Assembly (NCBI GenBank): GCA_965603825.1
Contig: CBFDEM010000060.1
Location: forward strand, 372,001-436,000
Direction: 5' to 3'
DNA from: Blepharisma stoltei ATCC 30299
Taxonomy: Eukaryota; Protista; Ciliophora
Length of the DNA stretch: 64,000 nucleotides
Shown: in pieces, positions 1-12,580 of the stretch
Layout of the letters: each line of letters starts with the position of its first letter
Numbering within the stretch: the stretch's first letter is position 1
Translations under genes and position numbers: made by a program
Notes under the pieces: model-generated
Told to the model about the DNA's origin: nothing
Database searches by the model: none
Seen by the model: the letters and a program-made list of their open reading frames with translations, nothing else

Positions 1-251
1 GTAGTATTATATGCGCTTTCCTAATTGGTCGAATTAAATTTATTTTACTACTGCTTAAAAAGCTTAAAAATTGTGATGACGGTATAACATTTTATGGTCA
101 ATTCAATCTTAATTTTAATGAGGATATTTTCTAGTTTTAAGATCTAGAAAGTAACTATAATTGCCTATATTAAAGATCTCAAATAATTAAAACTACTGAA
201 TAAAATGCAATCCTCATTTATCATATTATTTTAAATCTAGAATCTATAATA

Positions 252-936
252 ATGGGAAATATATGCAGAAAGGATCCTCTGCTTCTTACCGAACCTAATG
301 AAAATCGCTTAAAAATAACTCAAACATACTGCATTAGCGTTCAGCCTAATTTAGTAAAGCCTCAAAAAAATTCTCGGCTTGGTGTTAGAAATATATCTAG
401 CATTGAGTGTCGATCAATTTATCGAGATTTGAAGTTTGAGTGCGGTCTGATGAAACACAAAATTAATGATTTAATTGGGCAGTCAAAAATACTGCAAGCA
501 AGCTTAGGTGAGATTTGTGTATTTGCTCATATAGGCAAAAATAATGAATTCTGAATTGGAAGTTAAAGTCCTCAAGGAAATGACGCAAAATCTTACTAAA
601 GAAAATATTGAGATGAATAAACGATTAAAATCTAAAGAATTGCCCATCAATGAAGAAAATCTAGAAGTTTTACAGCAAAAAGCTGAAAAATCTCAATATG
701 AAGTAAAGATTTTGAAGTGTGAAATTGAAAAATACAAGGAAAGCGCTAAACATACAGAAATAAAACTAAAAGAATTAAAGGATTCAGCTGATAGCAGCAT
801 TATTCAGACTTTCCAGGATCTTAAAAGTGAAATAGATTTTTATGAATCAAAAATTAGCGAAACTGAGCTAGAAAATTTAGAGCTGGAAAAAAAAATTGAT
901 CTTTGGAACTACGAAATCAATTGTATTGGAATATAA
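252..936 (+). CDS. Coiled-coil protein of unknown function, one 16-nt intron
   Basis: ORFs 252..554 and 544..936 join in frame when GTATTTGCTCATATAG (519-534) is removed; E/K-rich heptad-like C-terminal half. Confidence 0.75.
519..534 (+). other. Tiny spliceosomal intron (16 nt)
   Basis: GTA...AG with A at -6; removal repairs the frame offset between two ORFs. Confidence 0.75.
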
Positions 937-975
937 ATATCTTTTTACATTATTTTCAATTCATTATTATATTTT

Positions 976-1614
976 TTAAATTTCATAACTATTCATTTGC
1001 TCTCTAATCAGCCTAAGAGCATCTTCGCATTCTTTAACCTTCAGCTCAGCCTGGAAAACCTTCAGCTTTGTATCACCCAAATTATGGTCAATTTGCATTG
1101 TGAGTGATCTCAATTTTCTTGAATCCTCAATAATGTTGTCCATGTCTTCATCAATTGGCCAAGCTAAAATCGGCTGCGGTGAAAAATTGAGTGGATCAAT
1201 ATTGTTTTCTAGTTTTACTTTGAAATCATCTACCACACATTTATAGGCCTTGTTATTGACTTCTAAGTTTTCTGAAATATGCCCCTCCAAAATGGCATCC
1301 AATAGTTGAGGGGAAGGAGATCGCTTTCTTGGAGGAGTTCGTGATCTGCTTTTTCTTCTTTCATAGCTTCGATCATCTCTTCTGTATTTATCGTCACGTC
1401 TGTCATCCCTTCTGTCGTCTCTTCGGTCGTCTCGTCTGTAATCTCATCTATCATCTCGTCTGTCATCTCTTCGATGTCGATCTCTGTCATCCCTGTAATC
1501 GTTTCTTCTGTCATTTCCCCTTTCACTTTGAGAGGAGTCATACAATACTTTATATTGCTGAGAATGATTATTACTGGATCTGGAGCTATCTTTATATCTA
1601 TCATATCTAGACAT
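976..1614 (-). CDS. RD/RS-rich protein (putative RNA-processing factor)
   Basis: With TGA(1444-1446)=Trp one frame reads MSRYDRYKDSS...(RRDD)n...RRKSRSRTPPRKRSPSP into ORF 976..1302. Confidence 0.8.
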
Positions 1615-2097
1615 TTTATTATAGTTATATAATTTAATTCTTATGGAATATTGAGAAAATAAAGTTTTGATATTATATCATACTTTAAATAAATTTATTA
1701 GTGAGAAAGGGGAATTAATATTAAATTCATAATTTCTTATTTTCGTCAATTATGCATCGCTCTGCCGATACTTTTAGAAAACCATATTATGCTGCTTGGA
1801 GATTAAAAATAGTCTAATGATTCGAAAATTAGAAGATAAAACTAGTGCTCAAGGGTATTAAAATATAAGTAAATTTTTTGCAAAATTTATATTTCTTTAA
1901 TACGATGCTATAAGACACATTTTTTTAAGGATTTTAATAAAAATTGATCATAATAATAAATATAGACAGCTGTTTAAAAACTAAACATTAGTTTATCTAG
2001 AACACATAATTAAAGTACTAGGTAAACAATAATCAAAATATTTTCAAACTTTAAGTTACTACGCTAAAAACATTTCTTCTCCATTAAAATCTTATTA

Positions 2098-3147
2098 ATG
2101 AAGATAAGATTTCTATCTCGATTTATCAGCTCTTTTAGCCCAGTCAAAGTTTCTTATCAAGAGCTGGTCTCAAACGCAAATATAGAAAGGAAAATTGAAG
2201 AAGGGTATGGGCCTGATGGCCTTGGAATTATAACTATAGAGCACATCCCAGGCTATCAAGAAAAACGCATGGCACTTTTACCACTAGCCAGAAGAGTGGC
2301 TCTTTTACCTGATGATGAAAAGAAAGAGCTCGAGTTGCCCCAAATCAACTATATGATGGGCTGAAGCCACGGAAAAGAGTTTTTTGAAGGGACTCCCGAC
2401 TTTTCAAAAGGATCTTTTTATGCAAATCCAGAGGTAGACAAAGCTCCTCTTTACAAAGGAGCTTTTCATGACAATGTTTGGCCAAGATCTTTGCCAGAGC
2501 TTCGTATAGCTTTCAGAGACTTAGGTCAAGAAATTATGAGAGTAGGGGCATTGCTTGCCAGGCATCTTGATAAATACATATTAGCGAGACACAAAGACTA
2601 TACACCTAGGACGTTAGAAGACATAATAAAAAGCCATAAAAATTCTGCTGGAAGACTACTGCACTATTTTCCTCAAGTCGGGTCAACCCATGAATGGTGT
2701 GGCTGGCACAATGATCATTCTTGCCTTACTGGTTTAACTTGTCCACTATATTTAAATCAAACTACTGGAGAAGTTGTAAACCCAAATGAAGTTTCAGATT
2801 GTAAAACCGGACTTTTCATTAAAAATAGGCGTGGAGAAATGCTTAAAGCCCATTTAACTAGTGATTTGCTATTATACCAAATTGGAGAAACCGCTCAAAT
2901 CCTTTCAAATGGTTGACTACAAGCTACGCCTCATTCAGTTCAAACTGGGGGAAGTTTGGAAAATGTTAGTAGAAATACATTTGCGATATTCATGGAGCCT
3001 GTTCCTGACTTTGCATTAAAAGTATCTGATAATCATGAAAGAATATTTGTGGAAAATGAAGGAATTCCATCACTGAGAAGGCGCTTTAAGAAAGGTATGA
3101 CTTTTGGCGATTTTCATAATTCAACTGTAGCAGCGTTTAATTATTAA
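2098..3147 (+). CDS. 2-oxoglutarate/Fe(II) dioxygenase (isopenicillin N synthase-like)
   Basis: Three same-frame ORFs joined by TGA; GWSHGKE..KGSFYANP, GRLLHYFP, WCGWHNDHS (HxD), LQATPHSV. Confidence 0.9.
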
Positions 3148-3525
3148 CTCTATAATCATCTTAAAATAATAGGACTAAAGAAGAAAATGTTCTCTATTTT
3201 GAATATAATATAAGTGGTGCTTCTGACTTTTATATGGTGAGTGGTATAAAGAAGTTTGAAAAATATTTTTGGATGCCCTGCATTGAAATTTTTATTCGAA
3301 ATTTTAATTATTTTATTTTCCTTAAATTTATAATTTGATAAACTAATTTTTTTCAGCATCATTTTATATCTTTTATATTTCTATACTTTAATGTAATTAG
3401 AAAAATAAAGAAAAGTGCAATTTTCAAATTGAAAATTTAGCTTCTATTTAAATTAAGGATAAGCTTTTAGCTCTAAAATGCAAAGCCTTGACTATCCGAT
3501 ACTATGAATTTAAAATTTGCAAAAA

Positions 3526-4656
3526 ATGTATATCGGCCCATGGCAAGAATATAAATTAGCTCAAGTTCTAAAGCTTAAGAATGACATTTACGAAGGATCT
3601 GCTCCAAGTAATCAAACTCGTCTGAACGCACATGTTCTATCTCTTCATAATAAGCGTTTTGATGCAGGCTCAAAAGCTCACAGCACACCTACAGCTCGAA
3701 GTATTTCATCTGAGACCATTCAAAAGCCATATCCTACATTTGATCTTGACACATACTATAAACAATGCAAAAGAATAGAAAATCTAATAGCAAAAAGCGA
3801 AACTACTGATGAGACTTATAAGAAGCCTCCTATCCCAAAAAATAATATCCGAGTGAGAAAAACAAAAAACGCTTATGTACAGAGACTTCAGAAAATGAGG
3901 ACTCTTTATGGGCTTGATAAAGAAGAAACTAAGTCCACTTTGGATGCCTCATCAGAAACAAAGGAGACTGAAAGTCGGCAAGGAAGATGCCCTTTGCCAA
4001 TTCCAAGATATGAAAATAAAAATAGTCAAAATATTGCGAATAAATCGCCATTGAACTCTAAAGAGTTCTCACCAGGGATTAGGAAAATTGAAAAAACCAA
4101 TTTATTACCAGAAGTAAGAAAATCGGCTCATTCTGCATCCCTTTCACAAACTTCATTGCAAAATACCAATATTTTTAAATTAAATGAGAATACTCATATA
4201 AACGATATGATGCCTCCCCTTAAAAGCATTGATAGAAATGAAAATTCACCAAGGTTGACAGAAAATAATAGCATTTTTCAGCAAAAAAGCGTTGAAAAGT
4301 TTTCTCCTGCAGTTAATAGAAAGAAACTTGAAGAATGTAAGCAGCATGAATCTGAAAAAATAAGATCGGAAAGCATCATAATGGATGACAAACAGAAAGC
4401 AATGCCAAGCCCAGTATTAAAAACATTTGAGTCTAAAGATGAAGGATTAGAAATTAAATATAACAGTACTCAGGAAACTCATAATGAAGAATCAAGATTT
4501 ACATCAAATGCCATAAGCAAAATTAGTGAGAAAAAATTCGAAATTGAAGAAGAAAGCTGTGAGCAAATCGATGGATTGCTAAAATGGGTCAATGAGCTTC
4601 CTGATGAAATCAGCATGGGAAGTCCTGGAGTTTCTTCAAAAGGCATAGTTATATAG
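3526..4656 (+). CDS. Hypothetical protein (N-terminal MYIGPWQEYKL)
   Basis: Long open frame; first usable ATG at 3526; low-complexity polar body. Confidence 0.75.
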   Translation: MYIGPWQEYKLAQVLKLKNDIYEGSAPSNQTRLNAHVLSLHNKRFDAGSKAHSTPTARSISSETIQKPYPTFDLDTYYKQCKRIENLIAKSETTDETYKKPPIPKNNIRVRKTKNAYVQRLQKMRTLYGLDKEETKSTLDASSETKETESRQGRCPLPIPRYENKNSQNIANKSPLNSKEFSPGIRKIEKTNLLPEVRKSAHSASLSQTSLQNTNIFKLNENTHINDMMPPLKSIDRNENSPRLTENNSIFQQKSVEKFSPAVNRKKLEECKQHESEKIRSESIIMDDKQKAMPSPVLKTFESKDEGLEIKYNSTQETHNEESRFTSNAISKISEKKFEIEEESCEQIDGLLKWVNELPDEISMGSPGVSSKGIVI

Positions 4657-5358
4657 CGATATTAGTATGATTTTTATATGAAAAATATCTAAATTTTGAT
4701 TTTACTCATAACTTTATTCTCATAATATAGCTGAAGATAAGCGTATAGCGCTGAAAATGAACAAAAAGAAATAAAAGACTAATATTAAAGCTTGAAACTA
4801 ATTATCTTAAGGATGGCTCTATTGATGGAAATGTAATTAGGGGATGAGATGATTGATTAATCAAAAAGTTTCGAAAAGCAGTGGGCATCCATGGACAAAA
4901 TATAATAATAAGTCTTATTCAGATGAAGAAAGAGTTTTTCGTAGTCTCAAGTAACAGTTCCTTTTAAAACAACAGAAGACGAATTTCAAAGATGGCCAGC
5001 TTACACTAAAAAGGAAATTAAACATTGGGGAAGAGCAATTCAAGTAAAAGAAAATCCAAAAAGAGAGGCTTGATGAGATACAGATTATAGCGAAGGGACT
5101 GCTAATTAAATGACAATTAGCATACTTCTAAATTAGTTATCAATAGTCTAAGTGTTTGGAATTATAACAAAACATACCAGATTTTTTCATTGATAATAAA
5201 ATGCAATGTTAAATAATAAATAAAAACACAGGCACATATATTTAGGCATAACTCCATTAATAAACCATGAATTAGTTTAGCAATTAATACTCATACTCAA
5301 GAATTTACTGTCAATGATATGGAGCAAGACTACCATTTTGCAGAGTAATAAATTACTA

Positions 5359-6549
5359 TTAAATTGTTATTTCAACTCCTTTTATTCCAACATATCTTGC
5401 GTCAATATTTGTATGTGAACCCATGTCTCCGAATTCTCTCATCAAGTTGAGTGGGTAAAACAGTTTCATATAAAGATAAACTCCTGAAAATGCATCACAA
5501 AGCTTCACCTCCATATTTTTTCTTCCTCTTTTAATAAATCTTCCCCATAAAATGGGTTTCAAAGGGTTATTCGTTCACTTAAAAAGGCGATATTCATGCA
5601 GTTTTTCTTTTACCAAGCTGTAGGCCTCAGGAACTCTCCCATCAATCGATATCAAGTTATCAATATCATCAGAGCTTTTTAAGTCATTATAAATCGAAAA
5701 CTCATATGAATCAATATCAACATAAGCATCGCTTACAAAAACCATGAAAGCTGCGACAGGGCATGTAAAATGCCCACTTCTGCTTATTTCTATCATTTTA
5801 GCTACGAAAAGCTTATTACCTCTATCAGCTGCTTGAAAGTTAATTTGCCTAACTAAAGTATATAAATCATCCTGGCTTTTTCTAAAATTTGCAAGTTTCA
5901 GCTCCGTGCAAACCAGCGTATCATGCAAATCCCTAAGATGATGCATATGCTCATACATTAACTGCTGATTGGAATTTCTATGAACTAAAACTTCTGGATT
6001 ATTTATGAAAATATGCCTAAAGACCATTTCTTCGAAATAATTTAAAGAATCACTTCTTCTACCTCTTCTAAGTCCTAGAAGTTGTCTAGCATATTTATTA
6101 TTTCTTACAATTCTCGCAACTTCATTTTTAATTTCAGCTCGCCCATCGGATAAAATTTCTGTTTGAGTAGAAGAAAGGACGCCGGCACAGTTTACATTTG
6201 AGGTATTTTCCCTGGAGCAGTAACCACGAGATTTTTTTGAAAATAAGCTGTCAACCCAGTAATTAGGGTTATCGTCGTCTACCCCACCAGTTGTGCCAAA
6301 ACCTATAAATTTTATGGAATTAATTTTACTTTGGCTGCTTGTAGCTTTAAGGATTTTTATAGCCTGGAAAGGAGAAAGGGAAATTGGTCTTGTGATGTGG
6401 AGTTTATTTGAAACTAGTCTGCTTAAGTGGTATGGAGAGTTTGTTACGCTATTGAAATATTTGTTGATCAGACAAAAATTCAGAAAAACTTCTTTTGGAC
6501 CAAGAAATATCATAATTTCCCCAAGAATTTCATATGGAAAGTACTCCAT
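5359..6549 (-). CDS. F-box-like protein, paralog 1
   Basis: N-terminal FPYEILGEIMIFL...CLINKYF F-box pattern; TGA at 5575 matches TGG in paralog 2. Confidence 0.8.
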
Positions 6550-7145
6550 TTTAAAATATAATGATCATTTTGGATTGCTATAAATGGTCAACAATAAACT
6601 ATGAACCATATTTATCGACATTCAATATCACACATAAAAAGCTAATAAAAGGATTTTTAAGCGAAAACTTTAATTATGCCTATAAAAACTTAAGAAGTTT
6701 GCATTTAAAATTTTAGCCAAAATTATCTATTGGAATTAAATATCAGTTTTTGATTCTGACATATATAATTTTCACTTTGTGCCCTTTTTTCTTGATAAAT
6801 AGCTATTTAGTGTTTTGTTCAAATTAACCTTGTGATTGCTGAATAAGTTGATAAGCATCTTGATTGTTATTTTCAAAAGCTATTTAACAATTAAACGATA
6901 AGGAATTATTTTTGCTTTCTTAACTCTTAGCCTTTAATTGCTCTTAATTCTTTTTTACAAATTTGATCTCCTATAAAGATTTCCATAAATAGAAAAAGGT
7001 TTAGAAATAAAAAAAGAAGATAGAAACAATTATATTTAGAACCTAAAAGAAAAGAAAACATTTTTATATGAATATAGTTTTATGATTTTAATCTAAGTGA
7101 TTTCATTTTTAATCATAATACTCAAAGGCTTTTATAAATTGCCTT

Positions 7146-8339
7146 TTAAATTCTTATTTCTACACCTTTTAAGCCAACATACCGTGCATCTATATTTGTA
7201 AATTCGCTCATATCCCCACTTTCTCTCATCAAATCCAATGGATATAATAATTTTACATAAAGATAAGCTCCAGAAAAATTATCACGAAGCTTAGCCTCAA
7301 TCTTTTTCCCTCCTTTCTTTCTAAATTTTCCTCATAATAGTGGCTTTAAAGGATTTTTTGTCCAATTGAAAAGCCTATATTCATGCAATTTCGATTCAAA
7401 AAGTTCATAAGGTCTCGGCACATTTTCATTGATTGAAACTAAAGTATCAATATCACTGGATGACTTCAAATCGTTATAAACAGAGAATTCACTAGATTCT
7501 ATATCAATATAATAATCACTTATAAACACCATGAAAGCTTCAACTGGGCATGTAAATTCTCCGCTTCTACTAAACTCTACATATTTCGCGCAAAATAAGT
7601 TCTTTCCTTTATCTCCATTTTCATAGTTTATTGGCCTTACTAGATAATAAGCATCATCTTCTCTTTTCCTGAAGCTTGCAAGGATTAATTCGGTATTAAC
7701 TAAGCTGTTATGCAATTCTCTGAGATGAAACATGAACTCGTGCGCAGTTTGCTGATTAGCGTTTCTATGAATTAATATTTCAGGCACATTTATATAAATA
7801 TGCCGAAAAATCATTTCTTCAATATAGTTCAGTGGATCAGATTTTTTGCCAATGCGGTCATTTCCTATTAATTGTCGAGCGTAATGATTATTTCTTATGA
7901 TTCTTGCAATTTCGTCTCTAACCTCACTTCTTCCATCAGAAAGAAGGCCATTTTGAGTTGATGAAAGGACTCCAGCACAATTTATGTTGTCTTTTCTTTC
8001 TCTGCTGCAATATCCAGGGGAATTTTTAAAAAATAAGCTGCCAACTCAATTACTTGCAATGTCACCATCAACACCTCCAGTTGTGGCAAAACCTAAGAAT
8101 TCAATAGGCCGGATTTTACTTATTCGTGTTGTCTTTTTAAGAATTTTTATTGCATGTGGCAGAGTGAGAGACATCGGTCGGCATATGTGAAGTTTGTGGG
8201 AAATAAGCTGAGTTAAGTGATAAGTTGATTTAGTTACACCATAAAAGTATTTAGATACTAAGCAAAATTTTTGAAAAACATCTTTAGCTTCAAGAAATAT
8301 CATAATTTCCCCCAATATCTCATAAGGTAAAGAATCCAT
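7146..8339 (-). CDS. F-box-like protein, paralog 2
   Basis: LPYEILGEIMIFL; collinear with paralog 1; TGAs at 8046 and 7332 align to TGG of paralog 1; TAA at 7146. Confidence 0.8.
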
Positions 8340-8574
8340 TTTATTAAGGCATTTTTTCTATAAGATAATTTCGTCTATAAATGCATAATAAAGATTCTTT
8401 AATTTCGCTTTTAAATTATAAAAACTTATTGTTTATTTAGTAAAATTTTTAATTTTTTATAATCTTCGATAGAATTTTGCATAATGAAAATAAAAAACTA
8501 ATTTTTGATTAAATCAATATGATAAAGCCATAAAGCTATTAATTATTTATAAAGGCTCTTAATTTCTTGAGAAA

Positions 8575-9999
8575 TTAGACTAAAGCCCAAAATTCAAGCT
8601 TTAAAAGGTTAAAATGCTCTCTTCCACTCAAGATTTCATTAGCATATGTATCACTACGCCCACTTGAGCCATATACAAAATTTCTATCGATAAGCAGCCC
8701 TGCTTTCCCTCCAGCACCCATCGTAATCCCATCTTGATCCGAACTCATGTAAAAATCATTTAATAAAGTTGGAAAAAAACACTGAATCTTTTTTGTATCA
8801 TGAAAAGTTCATAAGAAACAATCGCCAGTCCCATAAAATAATTTAGTCGGCTTCCACTGATGTGAAGCGAATCCTCCAAAAATATGGTGATCAGCATCTT
8901 CTATCACTAAAACAGAAGGTCCCAAATCTTCAAGTGACCTGAAAAATACTTCTAAGCTAGTCCCATGAACAGTAAACGAATATGCAAGTTTCCAATTTCT
9001 TATTTGAAACAGCATTCCCATGTTTTTAGTTATTTGCATAACTTTGGCATCGCTCAAAATTTCAGAAGGCTGTGAGAGCCCAGGTAAAATATCCTCTTCA
9101 TCCAGCATGAGACTAAACCGAATGCTTCTTCTCGTAACTAGCTGATATTCTTCAATTTCCATACTCAAATCTTGGTATTTTTCTTCCTCTTCTTCAAAGT
9201 TAGATTCTTTTAATCCTGCTTCTACATACTGCTGATAGGATCTATTCAAGTCAAAATAAGGCACAAAAGTCTTTCATTCTGACGAAGGTGATAATCTTTG
9301 CTGCTCTTGTCTAGACCTAACAAGCCCTACCAATTCATCAGAATTTACTTTTTGTTCAAAATAGTTGTACTGGCCTTTGGGCCCTTTTTCAGAAAGCTTA
9401 AAGCAGACATTGGCTTTCGGGATGTTTGTATCGATTTCCTTTTTTTCTTTACCGGTTCTTGTAATTAGAAAATTAATGAAGAAGTTCTTTAATTTGTCTT
9501 CTGGATGCAAAGCATTGAGGGAAGGCAGCTCTAATATACTGCAGGACGTAATGTCTCTGATTGCAATGCATAAGCGAAACTGTGTGGCTGGCACTGAGTA
9601 TTTTTGAGTGTTCGCAGTTACTATACATCGATCATTTTCTGAATAAGGACAGAAGACAATTTTGTTGTGAGAAACGCCAAGCTCACCGACAACATCTCCG
9701 TCAGCTGTGCAGTATGTAACCTCAAGGGTGAAGTCGTTTCTAGAATCAATTGAAAATTGCTCAATCGTTGTGTTTCTTTGTAGAACTGGTGCATCAGAAT
9801 TATTTATCTGGTCCCCAAGCTCTTCAAAAGGAAGAGCTTTTGAGTCGGCATGCTGGACATCTAAAACCATCCCTGGAAAAAGATCTCCCTCTCCTGAAAT
9901 TTGGTTTAAATGGCAGAGATCAGCAATTTTCATATGAAATAAAGATGATATACTAGCCAGAGTATCCTCTGGCTTTACTGCATATCGTTCAAATTCCAT
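8575..9999 (-). CDS. LysM + TLDc domain protein (OXR1/NCOA7-like)
   Basis: LysM YAVKPEDTLASIS; TLDc WKLAYS..HGTSL, IFGGFAS, FYGTGDCFLW, LEFW; TGAs at 9274 and 8809. Confidence 0.9.
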
Positions 10000-10291
10000 T
10001 GTAAGCTAATAATTTATTAAGAAACCTGATTTTCAGTAATAAGTTATTTAGAGAAATAATGGCCATATTAAAATACAAATTGAAGATGAGTTGAAAATTT
10101 TGTAATGTTTAGAAAAAATATTATAGTTCTCCTTATAGAGCTTAATAATATATTTCCATAGGGAAATCACTTATTTAAAAGTCAAGTTATAAACTTGAAT
10201 TTTTTAAAAAGTGAATGTAAGATTTTCTTCTTAAAGCTTCCTATTTTAGTTTTAATAGCTACTCTATAATTTAATAATGAAATTTTATAAT

Positions 10292-11204
10292 CTAAATCCA
10301 TTGATTTTCCTCTGATTGCGTGATAGTTGACTTTGCCTTTAAAATAATATGCGATGCCACACTATCCAACATCCTTCTATTTTTATTAACTAATTCCTCA
10401 AAATGGGGTAAATCATTTCCCCTAATTGCACCTATCAACTCATTTACAAATCCATATTCCGGCTTGCTTTCAAATTCAGGGTCACTATTTATATACCTAT
10501 GCAATGCATTTTCAGCTCCAATAGCATCCTCATTTGCGAGAAACAAAAGTGCAGCCTTAAAAAAGCAAGCCCTTGCTGAATACGCATGGGATGCTTTGCT
10601 CATATATTTATCCCCCACAGTTTCAAAAATCTAGATAAATCTTACTTGGATTGCCTTTAAAATATCCTCGGTTTCATTTAAATATAAAATTTTAAGCTCA
10701 GCACACTTGAGTTCACAACTGCAGCCCGAGCTTTCATCATTTACAGAGTAAAACAGCTCAGCAGCCTGCAAATAGCTATCCGCAGCTAGCTTAAATTCTT
10801 TGCTCTCCTCATAAAGTTCAGCAATTTGCCTTTTTAGACTTGCAGCCCTATCAATTTTTGGGGTATTTAAGCATATATCTGCTGCTTGGTTATAATATTT
10901 TATAGCATCCATGACATTCACATTTTTTATTACATTTCCAGCATCGATATAATAAAATGCAGCTTCTTCAGGCAGACATTCTGCGCATTTTATGAATTCA
11001 TTTGCAGAGGAAATATCTAAATGGTCTTTTACAGTCTCCTCCTATTTTGTAGCATCCGGCTGCTATTTTATAAAGCTCAGCGGCTTCTATGCCTCTTCCG
11101 ACTCTACTTGAGAACATTTTGCTGAACCTTCCTGGCCGAAGCAGCTTATCTGCTTGGCTGCTTGCTTCTTGGGCTCGACGGATATAATTAGAATTGTCAG
11201 ACAT
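10292..11204 (-). CDS. Alpha-SNAP (soluble NSF attachment protein), divergent paralog; introns 11017-11032 and 10631-10645
   Basis: AAELYKIAA, IAELYE, ACFFKAALLFLANED; two tiny introns restore one frame. Confidence 0.88.
10631..10645 (-). other. Tiny intron (15 nt) GTAAGATTTATCTAG
   Basis: Contains the in-frame TAG that ends ORF 10631..10921; same position in the paralog. Confidence 0.9.
11017..11032 (-). other. Tiny intron (16 nt) GTAAAAGACCATTTAG
   Basis: Removal repairs the frame offset; same position as the 15-nt intron of the paralog. Confidence 0.9.
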
Positions 11205-11325
11205 TTTTATATTTAAGCAACAGTTATTGAACGATTTTTAGAAATAAACCAGTCATGCATGATAAAACCAATTTTAATTTAACAATGATAAAAATTGTTT
11301 CAAATATAAATCAATTCTTACGAGA

Positions 11326-12243
11326 TTATATGAAATCATTTTCTTCAGCTTTCAGCATTGTGGATTTCACTTTTAATAGCACGTGAGTTTTCCATCTGTC
11401 TAAAGGTGTGATTTTATTAAACTGGGCTGTGACTACTTCAAAATCGCTTTGCTCTCCTGATCGAATTGCTGCAAGCAAGTCCCTTACGAATCTGCATTCT
11501 CTAGAAGTCTCAAAGCTCGGATCTCTGTTTGAATACATATTCAAATTGTTTTCAGCTCCAACTGTATCGTCATTTGCTAAGAATAGCAGCGCTGCTTTAA
11601 AATAGCAGTCTTTCGCTGAAAACCTCGTCAAGTTATTCATCAAATACCTTTGTCCTACTAATTCGAAAATCTATATACAATCTACCTTGATGGCTTTTAA
11701 TATGGTTTCGCTATCTAATGAGTCCAATGTGCTTAATTCAGCTGCTTTCAAATGGCATGAATTTGCAGTACCATCACTATTATCTAATTCAAAGAGCTCA
11801 GCGGCTTGTAAGTAATTTTCTACTGCAAGACCCAACATTTCATCAGTTTCATAAATTTCAGCGATCTGCTTTCGTAGTCTTGCAGCCTGGCTGATTCTGC
11901 TGCTATTGACGAGAATCTCAACAGCTCTGTTGTAATAAGAGACTGCATCAGCTGAATTAACTTTTCTCACAACGTTTCCTGCCTCTGAATAGTAATTTGC
12001 TGCTTCATCAGGGACACACTCAGCACATTTACAAAACGAGCGAGCTGAGGATATGTCTAAATTAAAATTACAGTCTTTTCCTAGTCGATAATAATTTGCA
12101 GCTTGCTTGTACAGCTCTGAGGCTTCTTCAAGTCGAGCGTCGCGGTTTGAAAACATTCTGCCAAATACTCCTGGCTTGCATTTTTTCTCTGCTTGGTTGA
12201 AAGCTTCTTGTGCTCGCCTTATATAATTTGAGTCTTCAACCAT
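11326..12243 (-). CDS. NAPA: Alpha-SNAP, conserved paralog; introns 12057-12071 and 11671-11685
   Basis: EEASELYKQAAN, IAEIYE, FSAKDCYFKA, DPSFETSREC, ITPLDRWKTHVLLKVK typical of alpha-SNAP/Sec17. Confidence 0.92.
11671..11685 (-). other. Tiny intron (15 nt) GTAGATTGTATATAG
   Basis: In-frame TAG at its 3' end splits two same-frame SNAP ORFs. Confidence 0.9.
12057..12071 (-). other. Tiny intron (15 nt) GTAATTTTAATTTAG
   Basis: Stop-free, frame-preserving; consensus match and same position as the 16-nt intron in the paralog. Confidence 0.8.
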
Positions 12244-12393
12244 TTTTAAGCTAAGAATTATAAGCTTTATTATTCAAACATATCTTCCAAGAAATTAATA
12301 ACCCCAATTAAAAAGATCTCAATATCATTGAAGGTGCTTCATAAAAAATATCAATTCTCTTAACGATTAAAATTAATTAAATTTAAAACTGAA

Positions 12394-12449
12394 TATAGAA
12401 ATTGCCCGAGGATGGCGCTATTTTGCGCCGTCCTCGGGCAATTTCTATA
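12394..12449. repeat. Near-perfect 25-bp inverted repeat (hairpin), TATA at both ends
   Basis: TATAGAAATTGCCCGAGGATGGCGC-TATTTT-GCGCCGTCCTCGGGCAATTTCTATA; one T:G mismatch. Confidence 0.95.
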
Positions 12450-12580
12450 CTTCAAACTTATAATTATTATAAACTTATATAAAAATCTATCAGCTCTGCA
12501 TTTCTATACTTTCATTAATTAGCCTGATGATTTCTAGCATTGCTACTTTTTGTCATATTCAAATAGGGTTGAAGAATAAA

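Noticed and set aside
1263-1610. ORFs 1263..1604 (-) and 1329..1610 (+)
   Set aside because: Shadow frames of the RRDD repeat gene 976..1614
12394-12449. Rho-independent terminator or SECIS reading of the hairpin
   Set aside because: Eukaryotic context, lies between divergent 5' ends, no U tract or SECIS core
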